Shown: positions 1-13,225, numbered from the whole stretch's first letter. The stretch: DNA of 57,712 nucleotides, filler included, from Asterionella formosa (GCA_002256025.1; 5 parts of 5 records of this genome joined end to end with filler, not necessarily neighbours in it); one strand, 5' to 3'. The notes: a model not told the origin generated them from the letters alone. A program made the numbers and translations.

Positions 1-125
1 GGTATGTATTTAATTACAGGTACATATATAATAGTTTTTATCTGCGTGAAAAGATCTGAAAAGTCTTTTATGTCACATTTGTGTCGCTCAGTCCGACCAC
101 AGACACGACGCTAACACTATCACAA

Positions 126-683
126 CCAATGAGCACACTGGCATGGAAGCCAAGAATGCAAGTGAGCGTTGCAACAACAGAAGAAGATCGCACTGCAGAG
201 AATCGACAATATGAGATTGAGTTCAAGGCCGATTATGACACCTACAGTAAAAGGGTACAGGCCTACGAAAATAATAATACCAAGGCGTATGCATTGCTCT
301 GGGAAAGATGCAACAAAGCCATGAAGAACAAGATTGAAGCAAGATCCGATTACGATAGGATCAAATATAACCCAATAACATTGCTTATGGCAATTAAAGA
401 ACACGCACTAAATTTTCAAGAAAATCAATTTTCTATGTCGATCATTTTAGATGCGATGAGAACGCTTTTATTCAAAAAGCAAAAAGAAGGAGAAAGTCTA
501 CAAGACTACACCAAGAGATTCCGTGTGGCACGTGATGTGCTCATGTCACACATGGGAGGACCCATCATCCTCACCAAGTTTGTTGAAGCCATGGATGGAT
601 ACAACGAGACCAACATCAAGCAACGAGATAAATTTCGTGAACAAGCTTTCAGTCAATTCATGGCATATTTATATCTCAATAAT
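126..683 (+). mobile_element. Isolated Ty1/Copia gag fragment, a near-identical copy of 8571-9126
   Basis: Nucleotide and protein match (WKPRMQVS...YALLWERCNKAMKNKIEARSDY...QFMAYLYL) to the gag of the element at 7935-11478; no LTR adjacent. Confidence 0.9.
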
Positions 684-1159
684 TGAAAACTATCATATTT
701 CCATGATTCATCATAGGATTGTGATCATCTGATCATAATTTTTCGTTATATCATCTAATAATTTTGATAAATGCCTTTGTAATTTAAATAGTAACCCTTT
801 TGACTACATATATTTAATTATTATATGTATTCTTTCTATTTGATTCCTGTATTCGAATTTCTGGGTAGGATAATGTACCAGTTCAAGTAATGTAATTTGG
901 CTCGTCATTTCCATCCGTCATTACTCCGATTTTTGCAACTACAACGAAATACTAGCGATGACAAGCGGAATGAATGTTTGCGATAACGTCTTCAATTTGT
1001 TGGTCAAGTGATCTTTATATCTTCGAGTAATCGTCATGTGCAGTGAACCTTTGTTCATAATCATTCAATTAAGAGTTTACAGGAGAGAAGAAACCATGCT
1101 CATTCGAACTTGTAATGTTTCCGCACACAGCGCACAAAGTATATCCGTTTCGTCCACTT

Positions 1160-2260
1160 CAGCATGACAATCTTGCCAATCAACCCGTAAGCAAACACAT
1201 TCTACTTGTTCTCGTTGACATTTTCAATTCTCACATGATACTACATCTACTATTTCGATTCAGCATAGAAGGAGATACGAAAATGTGCGTAACAGACTAC
1301 TGTCCACATAGCTATAGTTATAGAATGATTCTGATTAGAATTTCATTTTCATATCGCTCGCTCGTTTCTGCATTTGGTATACTGTACTTGAATTAACTAT
1401 TGAACTTGTCCGCATCTTTGATACCATCAAGAGAGCGAAAGCAAGTGGCTCTTTTCATTGTTGTTTGCTCGTAGGAAGAATTTGATATCTGTATCGTCAT
1501 TTGCTTGTTGGAATTGTCCGTTGCCTCAAACTTGCTTGGCGTGTGCGTGCACACACTGTCGACTTGTTTTCAATGGTATGTTGTTCTTGTATTCACTGTT
1601 GAACTTGTCCGCATCTTTGTAACCATCGATAGAGGGACAAGTGGGTCTCTTCATTGTTGTTTGCTCCTGGAAAAGTCGGTGTCCGTGTCATCCTCATCAA
1701 TAGAGAGACAAGTTCTTTCGTTGGAAAAATTGGCACCCGTGGTATCATCACTCGCTCGTTCGAACCACTGTCCGTTGCCTCAAACCTGATTAGCGTGTGA
1801 GTACCGGTATGTGCACTGTCGACTTTAGTTCATTACAGGCGGAGTGACTTCGCTACTAAATTGCGTGATATAATATACCCTGTAGCACGATGCAGAATAC
1901 AGTTGCCTCCAAATCATCTCATCATGATTGATAAGATGATACTGTGATATCATGATAAGGTTACATCGATACATACATCACCAAAGTATGATACGAAATA
2001 ATGAATAAAGTACATCACATAGCTATGATACATTGATCATAGAACTGTGATGATTTTATGAAATGTATATGACATAATTTTGATCAAAATATGATCATAA
2101 AAAAATAGTACAATGACAATAAAATACGATAAAATATGTACGCAAGTGTTACCAAGACATCATAGAGTATAAATCAAGCAATCATAAAGTATTTTCATTA
2201 ATATAAATATGTTTGTTGTTTAATGTATACAGTTAAAGTCAACAGTTAATATGATAGTAT
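1160..2260. repeat. About 1.1 kb direct repeat, copy A (copy B at 6264-7375), with internal ~200-250 bp subrepeats
   Basis: Colinear alignment by eye from CAGCATGACAATCT to ATGTATACAGT; GAACTTGTCCGCATCTTTG recurs near 1402 and 1601, TGTCCGTTGCCTCAAAC near 1515 and 1769. Confidence 0.9.
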
Positions 2261-3010
2261 TATACAGTGGATAGGATCTAAGTATATGGATGCGTTGATA
2301 TGTACATCACTAAAATATGATTTGTGAGATGGATTGATGCATATCACATACCGGTATCCTCAACAACCAGCCATCACGTTCATTGTCGTGTCGTCTTTCC
2401 TTGTTTTAGTTATATATGTGCCAGCATGTGTATTGTGTAAACACTACGCTAGCGGAACATGCATATTACACTGTGCTCTGTTCAACAATTACTACACTCG
2501 GTTACCATCACACCAGTTCCACCTCCACAGGCGCCGCAATAAGCTCCGCGAAGAGCTCCGCGTTTCCCTTCCACTGTTTTACATCATTGTCTTCTGGCCC
2601 TTCGACAACTTTCCAAATGGAATTTCACGGATTTCATGGAAAGGATCATTCAAACAAGAAACGAGACTTACTTCCATTGTTTACACTACACGACTTTATG
2701 TTTTCGGAAAAGAAAATGAAGAAAGTTATGAAATCAATCGAAGATTCCTTTGAAATCACTCAAAGATCAAATGAATTTGAACAGATTCATAATACTCCAA
2801 AAAAATAATCAAGTATGCCGATACAATAGTGGCTGAGATTGAAAAGAAGGAAAGATTGCTTTCGAAGAGGAAACCCAAACAGTTGGTCTTCGTGGATGAA
2901 GACTCTATTCGTACAGAGTCACAGTTCCACCATCCATTATCGTATTTTGCTTATTCACCCAAAATCGCTGATAATGAAGAAGAACTCAGTGATTCTCATT
3001 TATTTGATTC

Positions 3011-4620
3011 GTTCTCCACAAGTTGTAAGTTTCACTTGTGGGTGACATGCAAAATGTTGCATGATATCGGAATCACGTAGCAATCCTGCCATGAGCTGTA
3101 CTAGTTCGAAATAATGGAGTGTGCGTGGGATGATCATTTTTGAATTGTTATCAATCTTTATTTTTTTTGTCAACAGTTGACCACCAGCTAATGCTGGTGG
3201 AAATGAAACATCCATGCGTTTTTTCAAAGTCTGGTAGGATGGATCTTGATACCTTCCATCAAAATATTTCATTGCTTTTGCCTTGAACAGCCATTTCATT
3301 AGATGATCAAAGTAAACTGGTGGAAGATAATTCTCGTTGAGGAATAACATGAGTTCTAATTCAATTGGATGCATGTTCAGAGAATGTTTACTTGGAAGTT
3401 GAATTTGAGGAGGAAGGGGCATTTCCATTGGATTTTCAGGGAGAAAGCCGGTGCAATCTTGAAAATCTGAATATTGCATGGTTTCTGAATTCAACCCTTG
3501 GAGAGTTTTTAGTCTCAATTGTTCGTCCTGTTGTGACTGAATATTGTTATAACCTGAATCGTCGCTGTCGTCATGGAGTGGATGATTGTGGTCACTTGAT
3601 TCAAGGATAGGACACATAATCTCTTCTTGTCTAATCTCCCCAAATGCTGCAGCACTTACACTGCCATCATTAACTTCTTTCCTTGACTGATTAGATGCAC
3701 TACCGCAATACATAGTTTCACTATGTATTCCAGGAACTCGATGTTCCTGCATGCAATGTCGACAGTGACCATATGCATAAAAAACACGGTTGCTACAATT
3801 TCGATTGTGAGACTCAGATGGGGATTTGTTCTTACGAAATGTGTAGTTATACAGATAACACCATTGCAATGTGCGCAAAGACATTGAAATTGCAAATGAT
3901 GACCAAGTCAGGATATGAAAAGGGTAGAATGAAAATGAATTAATATATTATAATAAATTGAGCGCCACTTCGAACATGCTGTGCTGGAAAATACAGAGTC
4001 GTGAAATTATCACTCCACCATAGTAGTAAAAATGGAGGTATACCGCTACATTTAGTACAGGCGGCACTAATAGTAATAGTAGTATAGTGCAGAATCAATG
4101 TTTTCCTATCATCTATGTTATGGCTTGCATTTGTAGAAGTCTCACACTAACTATAATTATTATGTAACTACTAAGTATGCATTGGATTCCATTAGATCCA
4201 TTCAAAATCATCATCGTCATCAATGTCCCGTTGATTAATGCGGTCATTATAATCAATATTCTGTTCAGGAACATTTGGTTGAAGTGATTCAACAAATTCA
4301 TGTATATCCTCTTTACTTACGTTGGGAAATGAGAAGTATGAGTGTGGGTAGATGATATTTGTGGTGGGAGTAGCAATTCGACTAGGATTCCTTCCATATT
4401 CAGATCGATTCTTTTGTGAAATTCCAGTGTAGATTTCCTTATAATAAACGAGTAAATCATCAGTCCATTGATCAGTAGGACCATTTGAAACTGAACTTTC
4501 TTCACTCACACTTTTTTTAATAAGTGGTTTCCCACCAATGTCGACAAAATCGGTAGAATGACGAATTTCGTTCTCTGAAATTTCATGGGTATCTGGATTG
4601 AAACCAAAATATTTTTGTTG
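3011..4620 (-). mobile_element. Partial copy of the Plavaka-like DNA transposon (3' end of accessory ORF plus N-terminal ~290 aa of transposase)
   Basis: Colinear with 36556-38075; ORF 3000..3884 matches the fragments at 36332-37432 and ORF 4192..4509 matches 37739-38078. Confidence 0.85.
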
Positions 4621-6132
4621 TAATATATATATGATATATTGTTATTGTCATATGATGTACCGGTACACATGAAGAGCTCTCAACCAAAAAAGGGGCTTAA
4701 ACAATTTGCTACCAAAACCCTTGCGGCAATTGAACGGTCTAAATAATTAGTTTCAACGGACGTGAAAAATATCGATGCAAACAAATTTCAGAATCAATAC
4801 CGGTACAGGTAGTCGTGGAAAACAATGGACGTATAGTGCATTGAGTATTTTCGAATTATGTATTTGCGAGTATGATCATCCCAACCATATCAGATGTTCC
4901 ATATCGAAAGGGCCTTTGAATTTTATTAATGTATAACACTTAATATATATATATATTTACAAATTTTATTACTATATTCATGGCCAATATATTTTTCAAA
5001 TCGTTCTGTCATGTTAACAAACAATGCCTGCTGCTTCATGAAAAGATATGTCGTAGTAAAGCAAATGACAATAAAAGAAAGTTTACGCAATACATAACGA
5101 AAAACATTGTGGCTTCGACACATTGCGTATTCGAAGGATGGAGAATGATTAAGGTAATGAAGCCATCAATGTGGTACTTGGATGACAATCGTTGGGAGGC
5201 AGGCAGCACAACAACAAATTGTTAACTAAACGCACATTTCCTTTTTTCTCAGTTGATTCAACAGCTCGTTTCGCTTGTTGGGGAGCACCAATGTAAAACA
5301 AAACCAAATTGCGTAAGTGCTCTTGTCGCTTGTTGGACCTATTCACTTCTGTTGGAACAAAACTGACAAAATGTTTACCTTCTCTCAAAGTTAAGCTGAC
5401 AAAAATGAACCGGTAAGTTTTATTCGACAACATTGGATACCCGAAACTTACTTATTCAAGAATTTACTGACAATTTACTGTAATAGACTTATGCATCATT
5501 TGCATTGATTTGTGGTAAGTGAAGCAAGAGGATACGGTGGAATTATGTGTCGTTGTGTCAATGTAACATGACTAGCTGACAAATCATTCCTTCTCATTGT
5601 TACTATAACTGCATGCATAGGAAAATAAAACCGATCAAACGCAATAGCCGGCGAGTTCACAATGACACTAACAGCAGGGAGAGAGACACAACATTAGTAA
5701 GGCATTGCTTGGCACAAGCTTGGCACAAGATTCAGAAAAGAGGAAGAAAAGGGTGAGACAGGAACAATATACATCGAGCCGAGTAGAGAGGGAAACGTTG
5801 GGTCGCTGGCATGTAGATTAATAGATAGCATTGCTTAGTAATTTGATAGTTAAATTACAATCCATTTCAATCTATTTTGAACAATGCTTGTGATTAGAAT
5901 TATGATCATGTTTACGATAGATTTACGATGAAACAATTCACATGATAGCATAGAGTTGAGCTGATTTTAGGATGCGTTGTAGTAATGATTTACATCGGGC
6001 GATCACGAGAAGTGAAAATAATATGAGAAGGTTTATGATATTGACGAGAAAAGTTGTTGATCAGTTTATATACATTGTGTGATGATAATGCTCTTATTAT
6101 CATTATACTTCAAGGTCGGTAACATATTAATA

Positions 6133-6260
6133 AATCATCATAGATACAAGATACCTTGATCATATTTTTGATCCAAAAATTATCATATATACGAAAATCC
6201 TGTGCCACTTAGCGTACGATACCCTTGATCCTATATGCATGATACTACTTATTTGCAGAC
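6133..6260. repeat. About 128 bp segment that is the reverse complement of 34483-34610
   Basis: AATCATCATAGATACAAGATACC...GATCCTATATGCATGATACT reads as an essentially exact reverse complement of the sequence just before the gap at 34611. Confidence 0.9.
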
Positions 6261-6263
6261 ACA

Positions 6264-7375
6264 CCAGCATGACAATCTCGCAAATAAACTTGTAAATCAA
6301 CACATTCTACTTGTTCTCGTTGACACTTTCAATTGTCACATGATACTTAATCTACTATTGAGATTCAGCATAGAAGGAGATACGAAAATGTGCGTAACAG
6401 ACTACTGTCCACATAGCTATAGTTATAGAATGATTCTGATTACAATTTCTTTTTCATTTCACTCGTTTCCGCATTTCTCATGCTGTACTTGTATTTACTA
6501 TTGAATTAGTCCACATCTTTGATACCATCAAGAGAGGGAAAGCAAGTGGATCTCTTCATTGTTGTTGGCTCGTAGGTAAAATTTAATATCCACATCGTCA
6601 TTTGCTTATTGGAATTGTCCATTGCCTCAAACCTGCTTAGCATATGCATACACACACTGGTTACTTATTTTCATTGGTATGTTGTTCTTGTATTCACTGT
6701 TGAACTTGTCCGCATCTTTAATACCATCAATAGCGCGACAAGTGGCCTGGCTCTCTTCATTGTTGTTTGCTCCTGGAAAAGTCGGTGTTTGTGTCATCCT
6801 CATCAATAGAGGTACAAGTGTCCATCATTGCGGTTTGCCGCTTGAAAAATTGGTACCCATGGTATCGTCATTCGCTCGTTGGAACCACTGTCCGTTGCCT
6901 CAAGCCTGCTTAGCGTGTGTGTAGTATGTACACTGTCGACTTGTGTACATTACAGCAGTGACTTAGCTACTAAAATGCATGTTATAATAATATACCCCAT
7001 AGCACAATGCAGAATACAGTTGCTTCCCAATCATCTCATCATGATTGATAAGATGATAATGTGATATCACGATAGGGTTACATCGATTCATACATCACCA
7101 AATATGATATGTAGTATTGAATGATGTTTATCACATACCTATGATATATTGATTCATGGAATCATGATGATTTCTTGAAATGTTTATGATATATTTTTAA
7201 TCAAAATAAGATTATGTTAAAATAATAAAATGATAATAAATACAATAAAATATGTACGCAAGTGTTATCAATACATCATAGAAGAAAGATTGAGCAATCA
7301 TAAAAAATATTAGATTATATTAATATTGGACTTTAAATGTATACAGTAAAAGCAAATAATTGATATTATAGTATG
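6264..7375. repeat. About 1.1 kb direct repeat, copy B of 1160-2260
   Basis: Colinear diverged copy with scattered substitutions and small indels. Confidence 0.9.
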
Positions 7376-7559
7376 AAATTCAACAACTCTCAATTCAGAT
7401 GAATCATTGCATAAGGTGTTGACTCTTGCAAAAAAAGAATTATGAATTTTGCAGCATGCATCCTCTGGTAAAGTCATTCAATGTTGAACAGCATGCACAG
7501 TAATATGGTGAAGACATGTATATAGTAGTGTGTGCTGTGGTATGACATGACAATCTCAA

Positions 7560-7934
7560 ATGGATGATTTGATACATTGAAGAAAGGATCTTGACTTGAA
7601 ATTACTTGGTGTGCAAAATACCACCATTAGTAACTGGTGCTTCCCATTTGTAAGTGCTTATACAAACTGACATCTCCAGAGATGTGCATCGAAAAATTTT
7701 CCTTTTCCTTCTCAGAATTATGACATTTGCAGAAAAGATGGATGAATATATATACATAGTGAGAGGGATGAGGGAGGGAATTAGCAGCTGCAACAAATTC
7801 TTAATGATTGCACCACTTCCCTTGGGCTTCCAGCATGTACAGGCTCAGTTGATTGTGTGCACATTGGGTGGAATCAATGTCCCTTGCCCTACCAAGCAAA
7901 TTAATATAATACTTATAAGGTGCCAAGTGGTACT
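7560..7934 (+). mobile_element. Degenerate PIF/Harbinger (Plant_tran-like) transposase fragment, cut off by a Copia LTR
   Basis: Broken frames give LKLLG...TDISRDVHRKIF...EYIY and LGLPACTGSVDCVHIGWNQCP, matching the GxPGxxGSxDCxHxxWxxCP catalytic-Asp motif of Harbinger transposases. Confidence 0.75.
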
Positions 7935-8200
7935 TGTTGGAGAAAATATTTTAGGAAAGAAAATCCCGGTATAATTTACCTACTCCATGTTGAATCGAAT
8001 AAATCAAGAAAGAATATGGTACCAGAGAATTCGAAAACAATCTACGCCAACAGTAAAAACCCATAATTCTATTAAAACTCTTAGGAATGATTACAATCGA
8101 TCATGGAGACATCGTTGTTATATCTATAGCCTATTTGGTCCCTGACGTGTCCTTACAGGAAACAAGAAATCATATAGTGCTTCGGGACGCAATTTCAACA
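7935..8200 (+). repeat. 5' LTR (266 bp) of Ty1/Copia element
   Basis: TGTTG...CAACA termini; homologous to the LTR at 54892-55166 (minus); lies 133 bp before the gag ATG at 8334. Confidence 0.9.
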
Positions 8201-11200
8201 GTTTTAATAGAATTAGCCGGCCAGGGAGAGCCGTGATACCACAATCAACAACAAGCGGACCATTGAGAGTCCGGAGTCAAGATCTGAGGGTACCAGACCA
8301 TCCAGAGTCTGAAGAAGTTGCACAGGGCGCATCATGAGTGGCAAAGGAAAGTTTACCAAGAAAACTCAAGCCAAGGGCAAGTTTCAAGCCAAGGGAGGGA
8401 GCAATATTGCTTCTCACTCCATCAAGAAGTCAGTCAATGACTATAACTACTACCTCGGATCATCGAAGCAGGCATCTGACTATAAGACTACTACTGAGTA
8501 TCTCATCAACTACATCAAGAAAGTGTTTGATTATGGCAGCAACATTGGAATCGCACTCAAGTCATTAGAACCAATCAACACATTGGTATGGAAGCCAAGA
8601 ATGCAAGTGAGCATGGCAACAACAGAAGAAGATCGCGCCGCAGAGAATCGGCAATTTGAGATCGAGTTTAAGGCTGACTATAACACCTACAGTAAAAGGG
8701 TACAGGCCTACGAAAATAATAATACCAAGGCGTATGCATTGCTCTGGGAAAGATGCAACAAAGCCATGAAGAACAAGATTGAAGCAAGATCCGATTACGA
8801 TAGGATCAAATATAACCCAATAACATTGCTTATGGCAATTAAAGAACACGCATTAAATTTTCAAGAAAATCGATATTCTATGTCGATCATTTTAGATGCG
8901 ATGAAAACGCTTTATTTACAAAGCAAAAAGAAGGAGAAAGTCTACAAGACTACACCAAGAGATTCCGTGTGGCACGTGATGTGCTCAAGTCACACATGGG
9001 AGGACCCATTATCCTCACCAAGTTTGTTGAAGCCATGGATGGATACAACGAGACCGACATCAAGCAACAAGATAAATTTCGTGAACAAGCTTTCATTCAA
9101 TTTATGGCATTTTTATATCTCGATAATGCCGATAAAGCCGAATACGGATCAATTATGACCGGGCTGAACACTCAACAATCACTCGGCAATGATCAATACC
9201 CGAAGACCATCACCGAATCAAATAATGTTCTCAGCAACCATCGGTTTGACATCACAAATAAATCTAACTACAAGAAACCAGAAGATAATGATAAAGAGAG
9301 GAAACAAAAGGATGCAGGCAAGGAAGATGAAGATGTGAACTTATTGTTTGCACAGTTAGAAGGAAAATGTTACTGCTGCGGAAAAGCAGGTCACAAATCT
9401 CCTTCGTGTTGAGACAAGAATAAACTCAAAGAGGAATGGGCAATTGACAAGGCCCAAAGCCATGCACAGGCACAGGCTAATACATACGACACAAGTACAG
9501 TTACCTCTGTTAATTTCAACAACCCGCCATCATTACAAGCTTCACAACAAGCAAATGTCAATCAATTTGGATGGACGGGAGCTCATATGAAACTACAATT
9601 TTACCAAGCATCTGAGATGCGTGACTGGATACTATTGGATAATAAATCAAGTGTCACAGTCTTTTGCAATCCAAAAATGGTTGAAAACATTCAAATGTAA
9701 ACCAACAGAAGCATGCACCTGGCCACAAATGGTGGATCCATGGTCACTAATATGAAGGCTGATCTTCCAAAATGGGGAGAAGTATGGTTTAATGAAAAGG
9801 CAATCACAAACATCTTCAGTTATGCCGAAATGGCAGATAGGTACAGAATTACCTATGACTCTGAGAAAGAAGATGCATTCATTGTTCATTTACCTGACAA
9901 GCCAGTTCGATTCAAAAGAATTGGGATGAACTTATATGTTTTCAAGCCAACTACAAGAATTAAAGCGGAGAATGCTCAAATGTTAAATACACTTGAAGAA
10001 AACAAAACATTTTACACTGAACGTCAATTTCAGAGAGCTAAACGAGCTCGTGATCTATTTCATGCCTTGGGTACACCATCAATTAATGATTTCAAGGCAA
10101 TAATTCGTATGAATACGATCAACAATAATCCAGTGACTACCGATGATATCAAAATTGCAGAGAAAATTTTTGGACCTGACATCGGGACACTAAAAGGCAA
10201 GACAACTCGTCGCAAGCCACTGCCAGTCATGAACGACTACATCGAGATTCCTAAGGAGCTTATCCAAGCTCAACGCGAAGTGATTCTTTGCATGGATGGA
10301 ATGAAAGTGAATGGACAATCATTTCTCACGACAATTTCTCGAAACATTATGTATAGGACAGCGCAATGGGTCAAGAATCAGACAGCTGAAGTCTATCGAG
10401 ATGCTTTGATTCAAGTATTTCGTGTTTATAATACTGGAGGATTTAAAATTACAACAATCCACTGTGACAATGAGTTTCGACCTTTGATGGAACAAATTTC
10501 CAATGAATTTCAAGTCACTATGAACTACGCAAACCCACAAGAACATGTTCCCGAAGCGGAGCGAAATAATCGAGTGATTAAAGAACGCGTGCGAGCAGCT
10601 TATCATCGATTACCTTTCAAACATTTGCCGCGACTGATGATTAAGATTCTAGTGACAGAATCTGCAAGGAAACTGAATTTCTTTCCGGCAAAGAACGGGA
10701 TATCCCCGTATTACAGTCCTCGTATGATTTTACATCAACGAAACCTGGACTATGCTCGACATTGCCAGTATACATTTGGCACTTATGTCCAAGCACATGA
10801 AGAACCTGTGTTTTCAAACACAAATGCACCTCGCAGCCTAGATTGCATTTTTCTACGCTACAATGACAATGTGCAAGGAGGTCATGAATTGTTACACCTA
10901 CCTACGAATTCATTGATCACTAGACGAACAATTACTCCTCTACCACTTACCCCAGCAATCATGAATCAAGTACACGCCCTTGCTGTGCAGGAAAATATGC
11001 CAGATGGTCTCAAGATAGCAAATCGAACGGGACAACTATTTTATGATAGTGCTTGGATTGCAGGAGTGGATTATGATAATGAAGCATTTGAAGATGCACA
11101 AGACGAAGATTATGAAGATCAAGATGCTAGTGACAACGAAAGCAATGATGAAATTCTCGGAGAAGAAGACTATGATGAAATGACTCCGGATGAAATAGAT

Positions 11201-11478
11201 GAAGCAGAACAGCTCGAATTAAATGACAATACTCAAGAGGATGACCCTGAACCTGACGAGGGCAACAATGAGAATAATATTGAAATGAATGCAGATGATA
11301 TCCAAGATGAGGATGAAGAGACAGCAAATGAAACTGAAAATGAAGAGGCATTGTTAGAAGTCAATCCAAGCACTCAGGATGACTCAGACCCAAATGTTAG
11401 AACTACAAGGTCTGGAAGAGTCTCAAGACCACCATCAAAACTAACTATGGTCCAAAATCATTTGCATACCCAAGCACA
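7935..11478 (+). mobile_element. Ty1/Copia (diatom CoDi-type) LTR retrotransposon: gag, zinc knuckle, protease, integrase; disrupted and running into the gap
   Basis: CYCCGKAGHKSPSC knuckle, WILLDN protease motif, integrase CMD...HCDNEF...EHVPEAERNNR. Frameshift near 8910, in-frame stops near 9410 and 9698. Confidence 0.93.
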
Positions 11479-11578
11479 NNNNNNNNNNNNNNNNNNNNNN
11501 NNNNNNNNNNNNNNNNNNNNNNTTAATTAATTAANNNNNNNNNNNNNNNNNNNNNNNNNNNNNNNNNNNNNNNNNNNN
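11479..11578. other. Assembly gap with artificial TTAATTAATTAA spacer (also 23050-23149, 34611-34710, 46167-46266)
   Basis: Four identical 100-nt N blocks with a central six-frame stop linker. Confidence 0.97.
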
Positions 11579-12110
11579 TCGACGAAGACATTTATATTGA
11601 GCCCCCAGAAGGATTGACAGGGATCGATCAGAATATACATATCTGCAAATTAATTAAGGCTATGTATGGAATTGTACAAGCTCCAAGATGCTGGTCCAAG
11701 ACATTTGCGAAATGCGTCACCAGCAAGAAAGGTATAACGAAAAGCGAAATAGACCCAATGTTGTTTATCTACCGTAACAACAATGGACAAATTGAAGGGC
11801 TGTTGGCAAACTATGTGGATGATGGAATTATTTGTGGTACCAGGAATGCAGTGGACTACATGAAAAATATGATCAAGGAGGATTTTAATATCACGGAACA
11901 AGGTCCACTACAAAAACACATTGATATTAAGTTTCATCATGTCAAGAACATGATAGATGAGGGTGAGTTGCATATTGTTTTTCTAAGATCAGAAAACAAT
12001 CCAGCAGACATTTTGACGAAGAATGTCAAAGAGCAGATTTTTACAAGGTTATCTGGACCCGTGCTGAGTGGTACAATTTTAGAACTTCTTGAACATGGTA
12101 ACGAGGAGGA
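11579..12110 (+). mobile_element. 3' part of a second Copia lineage: RT fused by internal deletion to the RNase H C-terminus
   Basis: DIYIEPPEG, KAMYGIVQAPRCW, YVDD, then directly KHIDIKFHHV...NPADILTK; purine tract AACGAGGAGGA before 12111. Confidence 0.88.
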
Positions 12111-12664
12111 TGTCAAGAATATAGCATCAATGGCTATAATGAGTCACAAGGACTGTGGACTCGATTATAGTCCAATGAGTCAAATGGTGCGTTCCCATGT
12201 CAAGAAGCTTGCTAACGAGATTGATGTCTTAGATCAATCAGAAGAAGGTTTACATCAACGAAAAGGGAACACGAAGAACAGGTTCTCGAAGTGTGATGAA
12301 TGGGATTGAAACTTAGTTTTAGTTTAATCTTATAATTAAGAAACAGTGAGAATTGACAGAGTAAGGTCAATAGCGAAAACTAGCACGAAGGCTAGCAGCA
12401 GAAAGAAGATAACAATACTAGTGGTATAGCAGGTAAGTTTTACGTAAGAGGAACCCGTCAGACGGGAAGGAGTACGAGACCTTTCAACATATGTATAGGC
12501 TAGATAATAATAAATAAAATATACATTAATGATCTCTCCAATTATCAACTTTATAGAGTTCGCCTTTGCTTGCTTTGTCTGAAAATGTACTGTACAATCT
12601 TGTCCCCATGAGACTGTGTTTATACACACACGTATGAAGGCTAACATTCGATGTACTGACGACA
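12111..12664 (+). repeat. Probable 3' LTR (~554 bp) of the second Copia lineage
   Basis: Starts TGTC right after the polypurine tract and ends GACA; unrelated to the 266 bp LTR. The end is inferred from the terminal repeat only. Confidence 0.6.
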
Positions 12665-13029
12665 GATGGACCAAGGTTCACAGGAAACGAAAATACGGCA
12701 TAGCAGGTACCAGCAGGTATGGATGTCTACCATTTTGTATCGTCATTGCTTAGTACCAGGTACCGTATTGTTGTTGTTTCAGCCAAACCCAGGTATGGGC
12801 ATCACCATGTTTTCCAATTTGTATAAGCAAGGTGTCTGTAATTTTTTAATACAAGGTAATATGCCATTCCCATAAAAGGTTCACCTTGTATTGGCAAAAG
12901 GTCAGTATCATGTCAAGTCCAATAAAACCATGCTCTTGCTTCTGTTGTTGCAGTCACTGTAAAAGTTTTCTCAGTGCTCCAATTTGCTTTGACTGGTGAT
13001 AAAGAATTGGTTAATTTCAATAAAGGCAA

Positions 13030-13225
13030 AGCTGTGGTTTGAGAACCAGCAGATGATTCAAACAGTTTCAGAAATTGGATATTTACGGGACTTTATAGGC
13101 CGCATTAATCTTCTGGAAAAAATGACAGCCAAACTGAAGAAATGGGGTGTGGTTTAAGCTAAATCCATATGATTGGTGTTCTATGAACAAGAATTTGACA
13201 GAGCCCAGCATGCCTTACTACTATG
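13030..13225 (+). mobile_element. Highly decayed Copia RT fragment
   Basis: Broken frames give IYGTL*AALIFWKKMTAKLKKWG...LNPYDWCSMNKN, resembling LYGTLQAALLFW...NPYDxCVxNK. Confidence 0.6.

Noticed and set aside
1160..7375. LTR retrotransposon defined by the 1.1 kb direct repeats
   Set aside because: No TG...CA ends, PBS, PPT or retro domains between them.
11479..11578. Palindromic TTAATTAATTAA inside N runs, four times
   Set aside because: Identical artificial scaffolding linker, not biology.
7935..12664. One complete Copia element spanning the gap
   Set aside because: LTRs on either side are unrelated and the RT after the gap (YVDD type) differs from this family's RT (WHVDD at ~56160); two different elements.
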